A stretch of DNA of 64,000 bases from Gemmatimonadota bacterium (GTDB lineage: Bacteria; Gemmatimonadota; Gemmatimonadetes; Gemmatimonadales; GWC2-71-9): assembly GCA_016713785.1 (NCBI GenBank), contig JADJOM010000003.1, forward strand, positions 13,497-77,496. The letters run 5' to 3'. Below the pieces are notes generated by a model. It made no database searches. It was not told the origin of the DNA and saw only the letters and a program-made list of their open reading frames with translations. The position numbers and the translations under genes are program-made. Each line of letters begins with the position of its first letter. Position 1 is the stretch's first letter. Positions 18,353-27,010 of the stretch are shown here, piece by piece.

Positions 18353-19050
18353 ACGTGCGCCGCTACGCCTCGGCGGTGCTGTTATGTCACCTGGCTCTGG
18401 CTCTGGCTGTGGCACCAGCCGCGCACTCTCAAGCGTTGCCCGCAGTGTGCCTTGCAGTTCCCCATGGGCTACCAGCCGTGTTGCCGGGGGATCGCATCTC
18501 GGGCGATGATGTGCAACGCGCCGTGGTGGACTCGGCTGTGGTGGCACTCCAGGCCGGGACGGGGCACGGTATGCCACCCATGCTGAGAAGCGCCTGGCGG
18601 GCCGACTCCCTTGGAATAGCCGCAGGGCTGGCGGAGGCCGTGGCCGACCCGTCGAGATACGGGACCAAGGGTGCGGATGCGGCAGCGCAGCTCTACCGTG
18701 CACTGGGTGGCTGGCCACAGCCGATACTGCTTGTGGCAGAGCTGAACTTGGAGGCTTCACGACGTGCCGGCGTGCTGAGCGCGGTCCGATCGCTGGAGAC
18801 CGTGCGCGACTCGGCGGCAGTGCTTGGATTTGCCTGCGATGCGACGTGGCAACTGTTGGCGTTCGTGGCGGAGCCCGCCTATGCCACCAAATGGGCGGTG
18901 GCGAGACATGACTACTGGCCAGATCTCGCGATCGCTGTCATCCGTGAGTCCGTCCGACTGCTTGGAGAGGAACGCATGACGCAGTTTGGGCCAGTGCTGA
19001 GTGCACTTGAGCGCTCACCATTGGCGCTAGAAAGCCCCATGGGTCCGTGA
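18343..19050 (+). CDS. candidate immunity protein, secreted (signal peptide)
   Basis: The ATG overlaps the toxin stop by 10 nt, as in module 1. The N-terminus is MPIDVRRYASAVLLCHLALALAVAPAAHSQ. Confidence 0.6.
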   Translation: MPIDVRRYASAVLLCHLALALAVAPAAHSQALPAVCLAVPHGLPAVLPGDRISGDDVQRAVVDSAVVALQAGTGHGMPPMLRSAWRADSLGIAAGLAEAVADPSRYGTKGADAAAQLYRALGGWPQPILLVAELNLEASRRAGVLSAVRSLETVRDSAAVLGFACDATWQLLAFVAEPAYATKWAVARHDYWPDLAIAVIRESVRLLGEERMTQFGPVLSALERSPLALESPMGP

Positions 19051-19164
19051 CGGCATGGGTTGGCACAAGTCTCTCCGACCTCCAGCGAAGGCGTCCGTCG
19101 GTGGGCTTCTTGGAGTGCTAGTTTCCGGGGTGTTCTGTTCCGGCCACTGCAGGGCAGTGAGTCG

Positions 19165-19188
19165 CGGGGCGGCCTTCGGTCGCCCCGT
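19165..19188 (+). terminator. conserved GC-rich hairpin with TTCG loop preceding orphan module 3
   Basis: CGGGGCGGCC-ttcg-GGTCGCCCCG, followed by TGCC as in the 14936 hairpin. Confidence 0.4.
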
Positions 19189-19225
19189 GCCACTTCTACT
19201 AGAGCGGCTGGGCCGCTGACCCGCC

Positions 19226-20422
19226 TTGGCCACCCAGCTCCGCAGCGTGCGCTACCGCGGGCACGGCTGGGGGGCGGACAGCCTGGTGGCCCGGTACGGG
19301 TACGACGTGCTGGGCCGGCGGATCGCGCGGCGGGTGTACTGGTCGCCGCTGCCGGGGGCGGAGGCGCGGGAGACGCGCTACATCTACCAGGGCGGGCAGG
19401 TGGTGGCGGAGACCGACGCGGCGGGGGCGTTCAAGTGGAAGTACACCTGGGGCCCCGGGACCGACAATCTGGTGGGGCTGCAGGACTCGACCGGCACCCA
19501 GTTCTACGTGGTGCAGGACCAGCTGGGCAGCGTGCGGGGCCTGGTGCGGCGGGACGGCACCTGGATCATGATCCAGCGGTTCACGCCGGCGGGGCAGCTC
19601 CTGGCGCGGGATTCAGTCGGCGGGCACCAGTGGCCGAAGGGCTTGCACGTCGGGTGGACGGGGCGGGAGACGGACCCCGAGACGGGGCTCAGCTTCCACC
19701 GGGCGCGGTACTACAGCCCGGAGCTGCGGCGGTGGACGCAGGAGGACCCGATCGGGTACGGCGGCGGGGGCAACCTGTACGCCTACGTGGGCGGGGCGGT
19801 GCTGGAGGGGCGGGATCCGAGTGGGTTGTTCGCGGAGGTGGGGGATCTCGGGCTCGGGTTCGCGGTGCAAGAGGCATTCGGCGGCGGGGGCGATCTGTCG
19901 ATGTGCCTGGTGTTCTGTACCGACGCAAGGGATCGGGAGGAGCAGAAGTGGGAGGAGTGGTTTGAGGAAGCTGCGAATCGTAAGGTCGTCATTGTCAGGT
20001 ATGCCGATGGCCACACTCAACAGATCACGAACTTCAAGTTTGTTGATGCACAATCGCTGGCTGACGTGACGCAGTGCATCAAGACAAGCACAACTTGTGC
20101 GGCAGAAGCGTTGTTCTTGGCCAGAAGAGACCATATTGACATTGTGTTCAATACGGATCTCCCGGGGAATGCTGGTTCTCAGTGGGGCGACAATCCCGGA
20201 GGAACCACCACGCTGGCGTTTGTTCCTAAGGTGCGCCGGTATGCCATTCGTGTCATCCTCGACCCTACGCTCCTTGCTGCCGCGTCAGTGTCGCGAGGCT
20301 ACAACGTGACGATGAACCATGTTGTCCGGCATGAGCTCGCCCACGCGATCGGGACTAACGAGATCGCGGTCAATGGCAGTTGTGACGAAGCATGTGCGCG
20401 AAGCGCAGAGATGAGTCCATGA
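19226..20422 (+). CDS. orphan Rhs module 3: long core remnant plus HExxH metallopeptidase-like toxin tip
   Basis: Core homology runs from QLRSVRYRGHGWGADSL to RDPSGL. Linker FAEVGDLGLGFAVQEAFGGGGDLSMCLVFCTDARDREEQKWEEW is shared with module 5. The tip contains VVRHELAHAIG. Confidence 0.85.
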   Translation: MATQLRSVRYRGHGWGADSLVARYGYDVLGRRIARRVYWSPLPGAEARETRYIYQGGQVVAETDAAGAFKWKYTWGPGTDNLVGLQDSTGTQFYVVQDQLGSVRGLVRRDGTWIMIQRFTPAGQLLARDSVGGHQWPKGLHVGWTGRETDPETGLSFHRARYYSPELRRWTQEDPIGYGGGGNLYAYVGGAVLEGRDPSGLFAEVGDLGLGFAVQEAFGGGGDLSMCLVFCTDARDREEQKWEEWFEEAANRKVVIVRYADGHTQQITNFKFVDAQSLADVTQCIKTSTTCAAEALFLARRDHIDIVFNTDLPGNAGSQWGDNPGGTTTLAFVPKVRRYAIRVILDPTLLAAASVSRGYNVTMNHVVRHELAHAIGTNEIAVNGSCDEACARSAEMSP

Positions 20423-20438
20423 TCAGAGGAGGCATGCC

Positions 20439-21203
20439 ATGGTCGTAGGCCTGCTGATCGCCCGCGTGGCCGAACGCGTTGCGCTCGGGCGCGGTCGATT
20501 CTGGTGGTGGCACATGTGCACCTTGGCGGCAAGTCTATCGCTGGCGCCGGAAGCGGCTGCCCCCCAAGTGTCTGTGCTTCCTTCTGAGCGCGTGGCGCGG
20601 CTTGTGCTCGCCGACCTTGCGGTCCGCGATGTACCAGCTCTGCTCGAACTGACACCGCTGTCTCAGCAAGCGGTAGAAGTGACGACGCTGACTAGGAGCA
20701 TAGGGCCGCTGCCAGGATACAGGGCGCGGTACGGGCCCTCCGGGCACGGGCGGTTCTTCCTGGTCGCGGTCGCAGGAGAAGTCCTACTCAGGCTCGGCGG
20801 ATTTGTGTCGCCTGAGCTCGAGGAGTTTGATCGCCGCGCTGCGATGGCGTCGCCTGACTGGAAGGCCCAAGCACCGATCGAGAAGGCCATGGTATTCTCC
20901 ATGGCCAGCGATGCGTGGGGGCTAAGCGACGCGTGTTTGCAGGGGCCATCGGTCGGTGAAGCATGTATGACCCCAGAGATTGTCGCTCGCTGGCAGGCAA
21001 TGCGCCCGCTGGACTGGCCGCCCGACACGCTCGTTAGGATCGAGAATGGGATGGCTGTCGTGGGCATCACGGTGATCGCGAAGAGTGCGGAGGGTTGGAC
21101 CGGAGGCTGGATTGCCCGGTACTCGCAGTACATCTTCGAGCGCAGTGGAGCGCTCGCCGCCTTCGTTGTGGGCGCCCGTGAGCTTCCGCTCAAGTATCCG
21201 TGA
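20439..21203 (+). CDS. candidate immunity protein (paralogue of 25834-26502)
   Basis: GGAGG lies upstream, 16 nt after the toxin stop. Hydrophobic N-terminus. It shares the motif ...LLRLGGFVSPELEEF... versus ...AIQLGGAPSPGAVEV.... Confidence 0.55.
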   Translation: MVVGLLIARVAERVALGRGRFWWWHMCTLAASLSLAPEAAAPQVSVLPSERVARLVLADLAVRDVPALLELTPLSQQAVEVTTLTRSIGPLPGYRARYGPSGHGRFFLVAVAGEVLLRLGGFVSPELEEFDRRAAMASPDWKAQAPIEKAMVFSMASDAWGLSDACLQGPSVGEACMTPEIVARWQAMRPLDWPPDTLVRIENGMAVVGITVIAKSAEGWTGGWIARYSQYIFERSGALAAFVVGARELPLKYP

Positions 21204-21396
21204 TGCCACTGCGGCGTTATGGCCCAAATCGTCCGTCAATTGCCTTCGCTAGCATACGCGTAGAATGCGGCGCGGGGGAGCGGGCGTCGATCTGCCCCAG
21301 GCGTGGCTTCCTGAAGACTGGACCGCCAGGACACGGAGCTCGGCAGGCTGTCCGGGGCAAGGAGACGGTACCCGCCGTGGAAGGCATCCGCCGACC

Positions 21397-21461
21397 CCCG
21401 GGTGCCCCGCCGCCGCGAGCCAAAGCCGACGACTGGCGCGCGGCAGAGGGGGCACCCGGGG
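21397..21461. repeat. 65-nt REP/MITE-like hairpin repeat, copy B (part of a ~280-nt composite element 21345-21625)
   Basis: Same hairpin as copy A. It is flanked by the shared 5' module GGGGCAAGGAGACGGTACCCGCCGTG, a second module GGTCGCCGCTGCACTGCCCCCGAAGGGCCCTCGGTCGCGCC, and 8-nt tandem units (TAACCGCC/TAACCGGC). Confidence 0.8.
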
Positions 21462-21624
21462 GGAGGCCCCCGGTCTTCAATGACTACCAATCGCCTGATC
21501 GCCTAGTCGCCCAATCGCCCTCTCCCGCGGGCCCGGGTCGCCGCTGCACTGCCCCCGAAGGGCCCTCGGTCGCGCCGAACTGCGTAACCGCCTAACCGGC
21601 TAACCGGCTAACCGCCCGACTTCT

Positions 21625-22573
21625 GGGCAGCGTCCGGGGCCTGGTCAAGCGGGACGGGACGTGGGTGATGAGCTAGAGGTTCACGCCGGCGGGGCAGCTC
21701 CTGGCGCGGGATTCGGTCGGCGGGCACCAGTGGCCGAAAGGCTTGCACGTCGGGTGGACGGGGCGGGAGACGGACCCCGAGACGGGGCTCAGCTTCCACC
21801 GGGCGCGGTACTACAGCCCGGAGCTGCGGCGGTGGACACAGGAGGACCCGATCGGGTACGGCGGCGGCCAGAACCTGTACGCCTATGTGGGCGGGGCGGT
21901 GCTGGAGGGGCGGGATCCGAGTGGGTTGATCGAGGACCTGCGGGGCGGGGGCGGGCTCGGGCTGGCGGAGTCGTTCCGTCCCTTCACCCTCGACCCGACC
22001 GCGTCGTCCATGCTGGATCAGATCCCGCTGCCGGATGGCGGGGCGGCGGCACGGAAGGCGGAGAGGGAGAATAGGGCCGCCCAGGCGAGCGCCACGCAGG
22101 AGTCAGGAGGCGAGCCGCCACTCCAGGATGGAGACATCAATCCTGCAATGAGGGCTGGCGAAGCTCTCCGAGGCGGTGTTGTGCGCGGGATAATCGCCGC
22201 ATTCAAGGAGGACATCGACGCCGCCTCAGAGGAGTTCGGAGTCGATGGTGACCTCATGCGGAGCATCATCTATGAGGAGCAGACGCATCTAAAACCGGGA
22301 GAGGCCTTCGCGGAGGAGTATCTTGGGAAGGGAAAGACGGTGGGCTTGGGGCAAATCACGGTGGGTCTCTATGGCTACTCGCGGGAGCAACTCCTTGATT
22401 CCCGAACCAACATTCGTGTGATGGCACAGCACCTGGCCGTGCTCGGGGCCCGAGGGCTAATTCGCAACGATGCGCCAATCTCGTCTTTGGCCACCAGGTA
22501 CAACTGCGGGTCGTGTTCATCCATCAGTGCCTACGGCAGGCGTGTGGCGCACTACTACTCAACCGTCTTCTAA
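21625..22573 (+). pseudogene. orphan Rhs module 4 (short core remnant with in-frame TAG at 21674-21676) plus lytic-transglycosylase/lysozyme-like toxin tip
   Basis: Core homology starts at the same junction as module 2 (ACTTCTGGGCAGCGT). CAG CGG of the other copies is TAG AGG here. It shares linker IEDLRGGGGLGLAESFRPFTLDPTASSMLDQIPLP with the main gene. The tip has SIIYEEQTH...GLGQIT...Y, reminiscent of the SLT family (catalytic E, GLMQ-type motif). The ORF track gives 21743-22573. Confidence 0.75.
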
Positions 22574-22595
22574 GCGAGCAGGATAGGAGGGGTAA

Positions 22596-23018
22596 ATGAA
22601 GGGGCGCATTCCACTTGCGGTTATGTCGCTCTGCATCGCGACAGCGTTTGCAGGCTTGGCCGCACTGGCATTCTTGGGGCTCCCCGAGGCGTTGCACAAC
22701 GCAGGGTCTGAGCCCGAGGACGTCGCGTTACTTCTTGCAGGCGGTGTTGTGGCTCTCGGTGCGGGAGTGAGTTGCATGCTTCTCGGGATCGCGCTGTGGG
22801 GTTATAGGGGTGATGCCCGAAGGATACGCCGGGCCAGCGCCACGACCATGGCGTGTGCCATCGTCCTGATGATCACCGCCGGGCTGAGTGCCCTGGCCGG
22901 CGGCGGAGCGGCGGTGGACGCTCTTGTCCTCGCCGCCCTGGCCATGGTGTTGGGCGCCTGCGCATGGTATGCCAGGCGGCTGGGGCAAGACGTTCCGGCG
23001 ACCCCCGTCGGGTCGTGA
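22596..23018 (+). CDS. candidate immunity protein, polytopic membrane protein
   Basis: AGGAGGGG SD lies upstream of the ATG, 22 nt after the toxin stop. There are four hydrophobic helices. Confidence 0.55.
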   Translation: MKGRIPLAVMSLCIATAFAGLAALAFLGLPEALHNAGSEPEDVALLLAGGVVALGAGVSCMLLGIALWGYRGDARRIRRASATTMACAIVLMITAGLSALAGGGAAVDALVLAALAMVLGACAWYARRLGQDVPATPVGS

Positions 23019-23185
23019 TGCGTCGCCGACTTCCCTCCGTGGGGGGGGGATACGGCGGTTGCGATGTCGGCCGATGCAACGGATGGCGTCCAATGTGCCT
23101 GAGTATGGTCAGGTGGAAATCATCGTCCCATGAAGGCGGCGGAACGCGAGGTCCGGCACTCACACACACCGCGGACGCGCGCGTC

Positions 23186-23476
23186 ATGCGGCTGGCAGGA
23201 CCGCTCCTCTGCATGCTGAGCGTGGTCGGCCCGCGGCCCACAGCCGCCCAGGCCCCCGCGCGCGGCTACCTCGTCATCGGGCGTCCTGCCGGTGTATCGA
23301 TTCCCTATGCTCCGGGTGATACATTGTGGCAGGTTGCCCTGGAGCGAGTGCCCGCGCAGGTCCGGGCGGCCCACGACGGCCTACGCTTGCCTGGAGTCGA
23401 TGATGCCTGCATCACGGCCTTCACGAACACGCGCCACTTCCTGTTCCTGCTGCACCGCGGGTGCGGGGCTGGTTAG
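23186..23476 (+). CDS. orphan (toxin-less), truncated paralogue of the 14407 immunity lipoprotein
   Basis: Signal peptide MRLAGPLLCMLSVVGPRPTAAQA. GYLVIGRPAGVSIPYAPGDTLWQ...ACITAFTNTRHFLFLL aligns by eye with YGFLVVGTAMPATFGFRLGDTLLE...GCTRWFATENRFLVLL. Confidence 0.5.
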   Translation: MRLAGPLLCMLSVVGPRPTAAQAPARGYLVIGRPAGVSIPYAPGDTLWQVALERVPAQVRAAHDGLRLPGVDDACITAFTNTRHFLFLLHRGCGAG

Positions 23477-23546
23477 GCGTCGGAGGCCAAGCGGGAACCC
23501 GCGCGCCGGTATCTTCGGCGTGCTTCTCTTCTGCGCCTGTGGGGGC

Positions 23547-24047
23547 ATGGCCAACACGGCGTCCACAGGCGAGGATCTGTTGCAACGCGAGTGCCCCGAG
23601 TCCCCCGCCTCAGGCGTACTGGCGCCAACCGACTCCATGGTCAAGTCATTGGCCGGGGAGTATGCACTGCGGCTTGTCCAGGAGAGCCCGCCACGAAGTC
23701 AGACGATTGACGGTGCCATGACGATCACGCCGGTACGAGCAGTCTGCCGTGAGTCAGGGTGCCTATTGGAGATTAGTGGGAACATCACTGCTGACGTCTC
23801 AGGCTTTGAGTACCTTGCGCTTGGGCATGGTCAGTCTGGACCAGCCGCCAATGGCCCCCTCCTTGGCTACTTCTGGCCGGGGGAAAAGGAGATCGCCCTT
23901 GTCTGGGGCGGTGGGGCGCTTGATGCGGGAGTCGTGTTCGAGGTGAGGTCGTTTGACGGTGGCGCCGGGGTGCGGGGTCACTGGACGGATGGCAGCGCCA
24001 ACCCTGACCGGGCGTCCGGCCGCTTCTGCGCTAGGCGACGCGAATAG
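23547..24047 (+). CDS. hypothetical protein (possible orphan immunity gene); start uncertain
   Basis: This is the 3' part of ORF 23292-24047. The upstream part overlaps 23186-23476 in another frame. No motif recognised. Confidence 0.3.
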   Translation: MANTASTGEDLLQRECPESPASGVLAPTDSMVKSLAGEYALRLVQESPPRSQTIDGAMTITPVRAVCRESGCLLEISGNITADVSGFEYLALGHGQSGPAANGPLLGYFWPGEKEIALVWGGGALDAGVVFEVRSFDGGAGVRGHWTDGSANPDRASGRFCARRRE

Positions 24048-24103
24048 TGCCCGGCGTTGTAACGGGTCAGTGGTACCATAGGTTGTCTCGGGGCGTCTAG
24101 GAT

Positions 24104-24550
24104 ATGCCTGACGATATCCTGTGGGCGAAGCTCGCGCTGCTCTACCTGCTGGCTGGACTTGGCATGGGCGGCAAAGATCTCAAGTTTGTGGTGCTCGATG
24201 TGGACGGGGAGGAGCACGAGCTGCAATGGCAAGAGGCCGTTGAGCGAGTTGCGGCCCTTCCGAAGCCATTGCAGTGCCTGGGCTCGGTGGCCCAGGGGAC
24301 AATGCGCATTGCCTGCAAGCCCGTGCTGAGTGTGGGGAAACGCCCTCACCAGACCGACCTCGTCCGTATCCTCGACGGCAGGACACTGGTAGTTCATTGG
24401 CGCGGTGGCTCAGAGGTGGTCTCAGCCGAATCGTTCGAATACTGGCGACATGCCTACTCCCTTTCCCCCGGGAGCGTATCGATCACACTCCGCGCATCGT
24501 GGACGGGTGAAGGCGTTGGTGCTGACGCCTACATTGGAGCCGATTGGTAG
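24104..24550 (+). CDS. hypothetical protein (possible orphan immunity gene)
   Basis: 148-aa ORF with ordinary amino-acid composition inside the toxin/immunity array. No motif recognised. Confidence 0.35.
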   Translation: MPDDILWAKLALLYLLAGLGMGGKDLKFVVLDVDGEEHELQWQEAVERVAALPKPLQCLGSVAQGTMRIACKPVLSVGKRPHQTDLVRILDGRTLVVHWRGGSEVVSAESFEYWRHAYSLSPGSVSITLRASWTGEGVGADAYIGADW

Positions 24551-24562
24551 CGCTGTTCTCCG

Positions 24563-25837
24563 GTGGCGCCGCCGGGCGGCGCCGGGCAGTATTCTGCGGG
24601 GCGGCTAGGCGCCGCCCCGTGCTGTTCGCGCCGCCTAGGTGGGCTGGTCTCGTCCCACGCCCTCACGCAGTTCCCGTGGGTGCGCTACCGCGGCCATGGC
24701 TGGGGGGCGGACAGCCTGGTGGCCCGGTACGGCTATGATGTGCTGGGCCGGCGGATTGCGCGGCGGGTGTACTGGTCGCCGCTGCCGGGGGCGGAGGCGC
24801 GGGAGACGCGCTACCTCTACCAGGGCGGGCAGGTGGTGGCGGAGACCGACGCGGCGGGGGCGTTCAAGTGGAAGTACACCTGGGGCCCCGGGACCGACAA
24901 CCTGGTGGGACTGCAGGACTCGACCGGCACCCAGTTCTACGTGGTGCAGGACCAGCTGGGCAGCGTCCGGGGCCTGGTCAAGCGCGACGGCACGTGGGTG
25001 ATGAGCCAGCGCTTCACGCCGGCGGGGCAGCTCCTGGCGCGGGATTCGGTCGGCGGGCACCAGTGGCCGAAGGGCTTGCACGTCGGGTGGACGGGGCGGG
25101 AGACGGACCCCGAGACGGGGCTCAGCTTCCACCGGGCGCGGTACTACAGCCCGGAACTGCGGCGGTGGACGCAGGAGGACCCGATCGGGTACGGCGGCGG
25201 GGGCAACCTGTACGCCTACGTGGGCGGGGCGGTGCTCGAGGGGCGGGATCCGAGTGGGTTGTTTGCGGAGGTGGGGGATCTCGGGCTCGGGTTCGCGGAG
25301 CAGGAGACCTTCAGCGGCGGGGGCGAGTTGTCGATGTGCCTGGTGTTCTGCACCGACGCCCGGGATCGGGAGGACCAGCGGTGGGAAGAGTGGTGGGAAG
25401 AGAGGAGCCAAGGGACGAAGCGCGGCGTTGATCCTGGGCTGCTCGGATGCAAGCTAAATACAGTGTGCAAGCAGGAGTATGATGCGTTCTATGAAGAGGG
25501 AGGGCGTCTCAGGACTGAACGGGTGGTCGGGTGGAAGGCGATGAACGGTCACTGCCCGATCGATCACCGCCCGTGCTCGACATTCTCTGGGGACGGTAGT
25601 GGCCGGAACACCTTGGAGCTTCGAATGTGGGACGACCCGATTGCGTGGGATGCCGTGGCGAGTTTGTATCGCCGTGGGCGGGTCGACTGGGGCATTCTCG
25701 TGGCGCATGAGATTGCTGAAGCGCGCGGTTCGTTCGCAGGATGGTCTGCTGCGGACAGCCACCGCTACGCGGTACTCATAGAGTCTCAGGCCCGGAATGC
25801 GAACCCATTCTATGCCGGGACTGGGAGGCGGAAATGA
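24563..25837 (+). CDS. orphan Rhs module 5: long core remnant (homology from ~24680) plus toxin tip with degenerate HExxE motif
   Basis: Core from VRYRGHGWGADSL to RDPSGL. It shares the FAEVGDLGLGFA...LSMCLVFCTDARDRE...WEEW linker with module 3. The tip contains ILVAHEIAEARG. Confidence 0.8.
   Translation: MAPPGGAGQYSAGRLGAAPCCSRRLGGLVSSHALTQFPWVRYRGHGWGADSLVARYGYDVLGRRIARRVYWSPLPGAEARETRYLYQGGQVVAETDAAGAFKWKYTWGPGTDNLVGLQDSTGTQFYVVQDQLGSVRGLVKRDGTWVMSQRFTPAGQLLARDSVGGHQWPKGLHVGWTGRETDPETGLSFHRARYYSPELRRWTQEDPIGYGGGGNLYAYVGGAVLEGRDPSGLFAEVGDLGLGFAEQETFSGGGELSMCLVFCTDARDREDQRWEEWWEERSQGTKRGVDPGLLGCKLNTVCKQEYDAFYEEGGRLRTERVVGWKAMNGHCPIDHRPCSTFSGDGSGRNTLELRMWDDPIAWDAVASLYRRGRVDWGILVAHEIAEARGSFAGWSAADSHRYAVLIESQARNANPFYAGTGRRK
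24597..24619 (+). terminator. conserved GC-rich hairpin preceding orphan module 5
   Basis: CGGGGCGGC-taggc-GCCGCCCCG followed by TGC. Confidence 0.4.
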
Positions 25838-26502
25838 TGTTGTCGAATAGTCCCCTGCTTCGCACCCGCGCCATCGTCTACCGATGGCTACTGGCTCTTG
25901 TCCTGACCTCCTGCGCAGAGGGCGCCAGAGGCCAGGTCCCAGCCACTGTCGCAGCCGAGTTGACCGCGGTGTTCCAGGCACGCGCCCTCGCACTCGGAGC
26001 ATCATCGGACACGAGTACGCTCTTTCGGCAGGTGCTTGACGTCAGGTTCGAAGGCACTGACCTCGGCACGCCGGCGATCCCAGTGTTTCGAGCGCAGAAC
26101 CGTGGCGTGCTGCACGGAGCCATGATCTTGGTGGCTATCAGCGCTGGGCGTGCGATCCAGTTGGGTGGTGCGCCCAGTCCTGGCGCTGTCGAGGTGGCGC
26201 GAGCCATGAATCTTAGGATAGGTAGATCCACCGAGGTGGATCGTGAGGTTGCTTGGCGCTTGGCTCGTCTACTCGACCCATTCGGGGCTCAGAGTGTCGT
26301 GATGGAAGGTGACATTGACCGGATCTCCCCCTTTAGTGCTCCGCGACTTGGCAGAGAGCCTATGCCCGTCGGCCCAGGGGTCTGCATTCGGGTGATGTCG
26401 CTTGACCATATTGGCGATGCTCAAGCCCACCTGCGGTACTGTTTCCAAGGTTCGCTAGATGGTACTGTGATCGCCTGGGAGCGCGCCGAGAGTGGCGAGT
26501 AG
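25834..26502 (+). CDS. candidate immunity lipoprotein
   Basis: ATGA start/stop overlap with the toxin. The N-terminus MMLSNSPLLRTRAIVYRWLLALVLTSC has a lipobox. Confidence 0.6.
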   Translation: MMLSNSPLLRTRAIVYRWLLALVLTSCAEGARGQVPATVAAELTAVFQARALALGASSDTSTLFRQVLDVRFEGTDLGTPAIPVFRAQNRGVLHGAMILVAISAGRAIQLGGAPSPGAVEVARAMNLRIGRSTEVDREVAWRLARLLDPFGAQSVVMEGDIDRISPFSAPRLGREPMPVGPGVCIRVMSLDHIGDAQAHLRYCFQGSLDGTVIAWERAESGE

Positions 26503-26505
26503 GCT

Positions 26506-26783
26506 TGTAGTGCTCCCCGATTGGCCGAGACACCTCACGTGAGGTATCATCGGACCACCTTCGGAGGAGTGGCATGCCCACCATGGCCCGCGATCGCAAT
26601 GGCCGCCGGCAGTACACGGCCGAGTTCAAGCGCGAGCAGATCGAGCGCATCACCCGCGGCGAGATCACCGCGGCCGAGCTGAGCCGCGAGCTGGGGATCG
26701 CCCGCTCGCGGCTGCAGCGCTGGAAGCACCTGATGGCGACGGCCGGCGAGACCGCCGTCCAGGCCAACGAGCCCGTGCCATGA
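26506..26783 (+). mobile_element. IS3-family remnant: left terminal repeat-like end plus N-terminal 69 codons of orfA (HTH)
   Basis: The TGTAGTGCTCCCCGATTGGCC... end resembles IS3-family TG... termini. ORF 26574-26783 reads RRQYTAEFKREQIERITRGEITAAELSRELGIARSRLQRWK. No orfB, frameshift site or right end follows. Confidence 0.65.
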
Positions 26784-27010
26784 ATGCCGCCTCGAGCACC
26801 TACGCGGTGCGCCCCGCGCAACCAACCATCAGGCTCGGTGCTTTGATGGCGTGCATGTTGCTGGCCTGTTCGCGCGCTGCAAGCCGCGGTGGGGCCCAAG
26901 TCGACTCCTCCACGCCAGCGCCTGAGGAATTGGCTGTTGCGGAAACCGCCCGCCAGATTCGCTCCTCTCTGCTCAAGCTGGATCTGGCCGGGGTGGCCGT
27001 CTCACGATGA
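26780..27010 (+). CDS. small putative lipoprotein
   Basis: Contains the lipobox MACMLLAC. ATGA overlap with the next ORF. Confidence 0.35.
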   Translation: MNAASSTYAVRPAQPTIRLGALMACMLLACSRAASRGGAQVDSSTPAPEELAVAETARQIRSSLLKLDLAGVAVSR

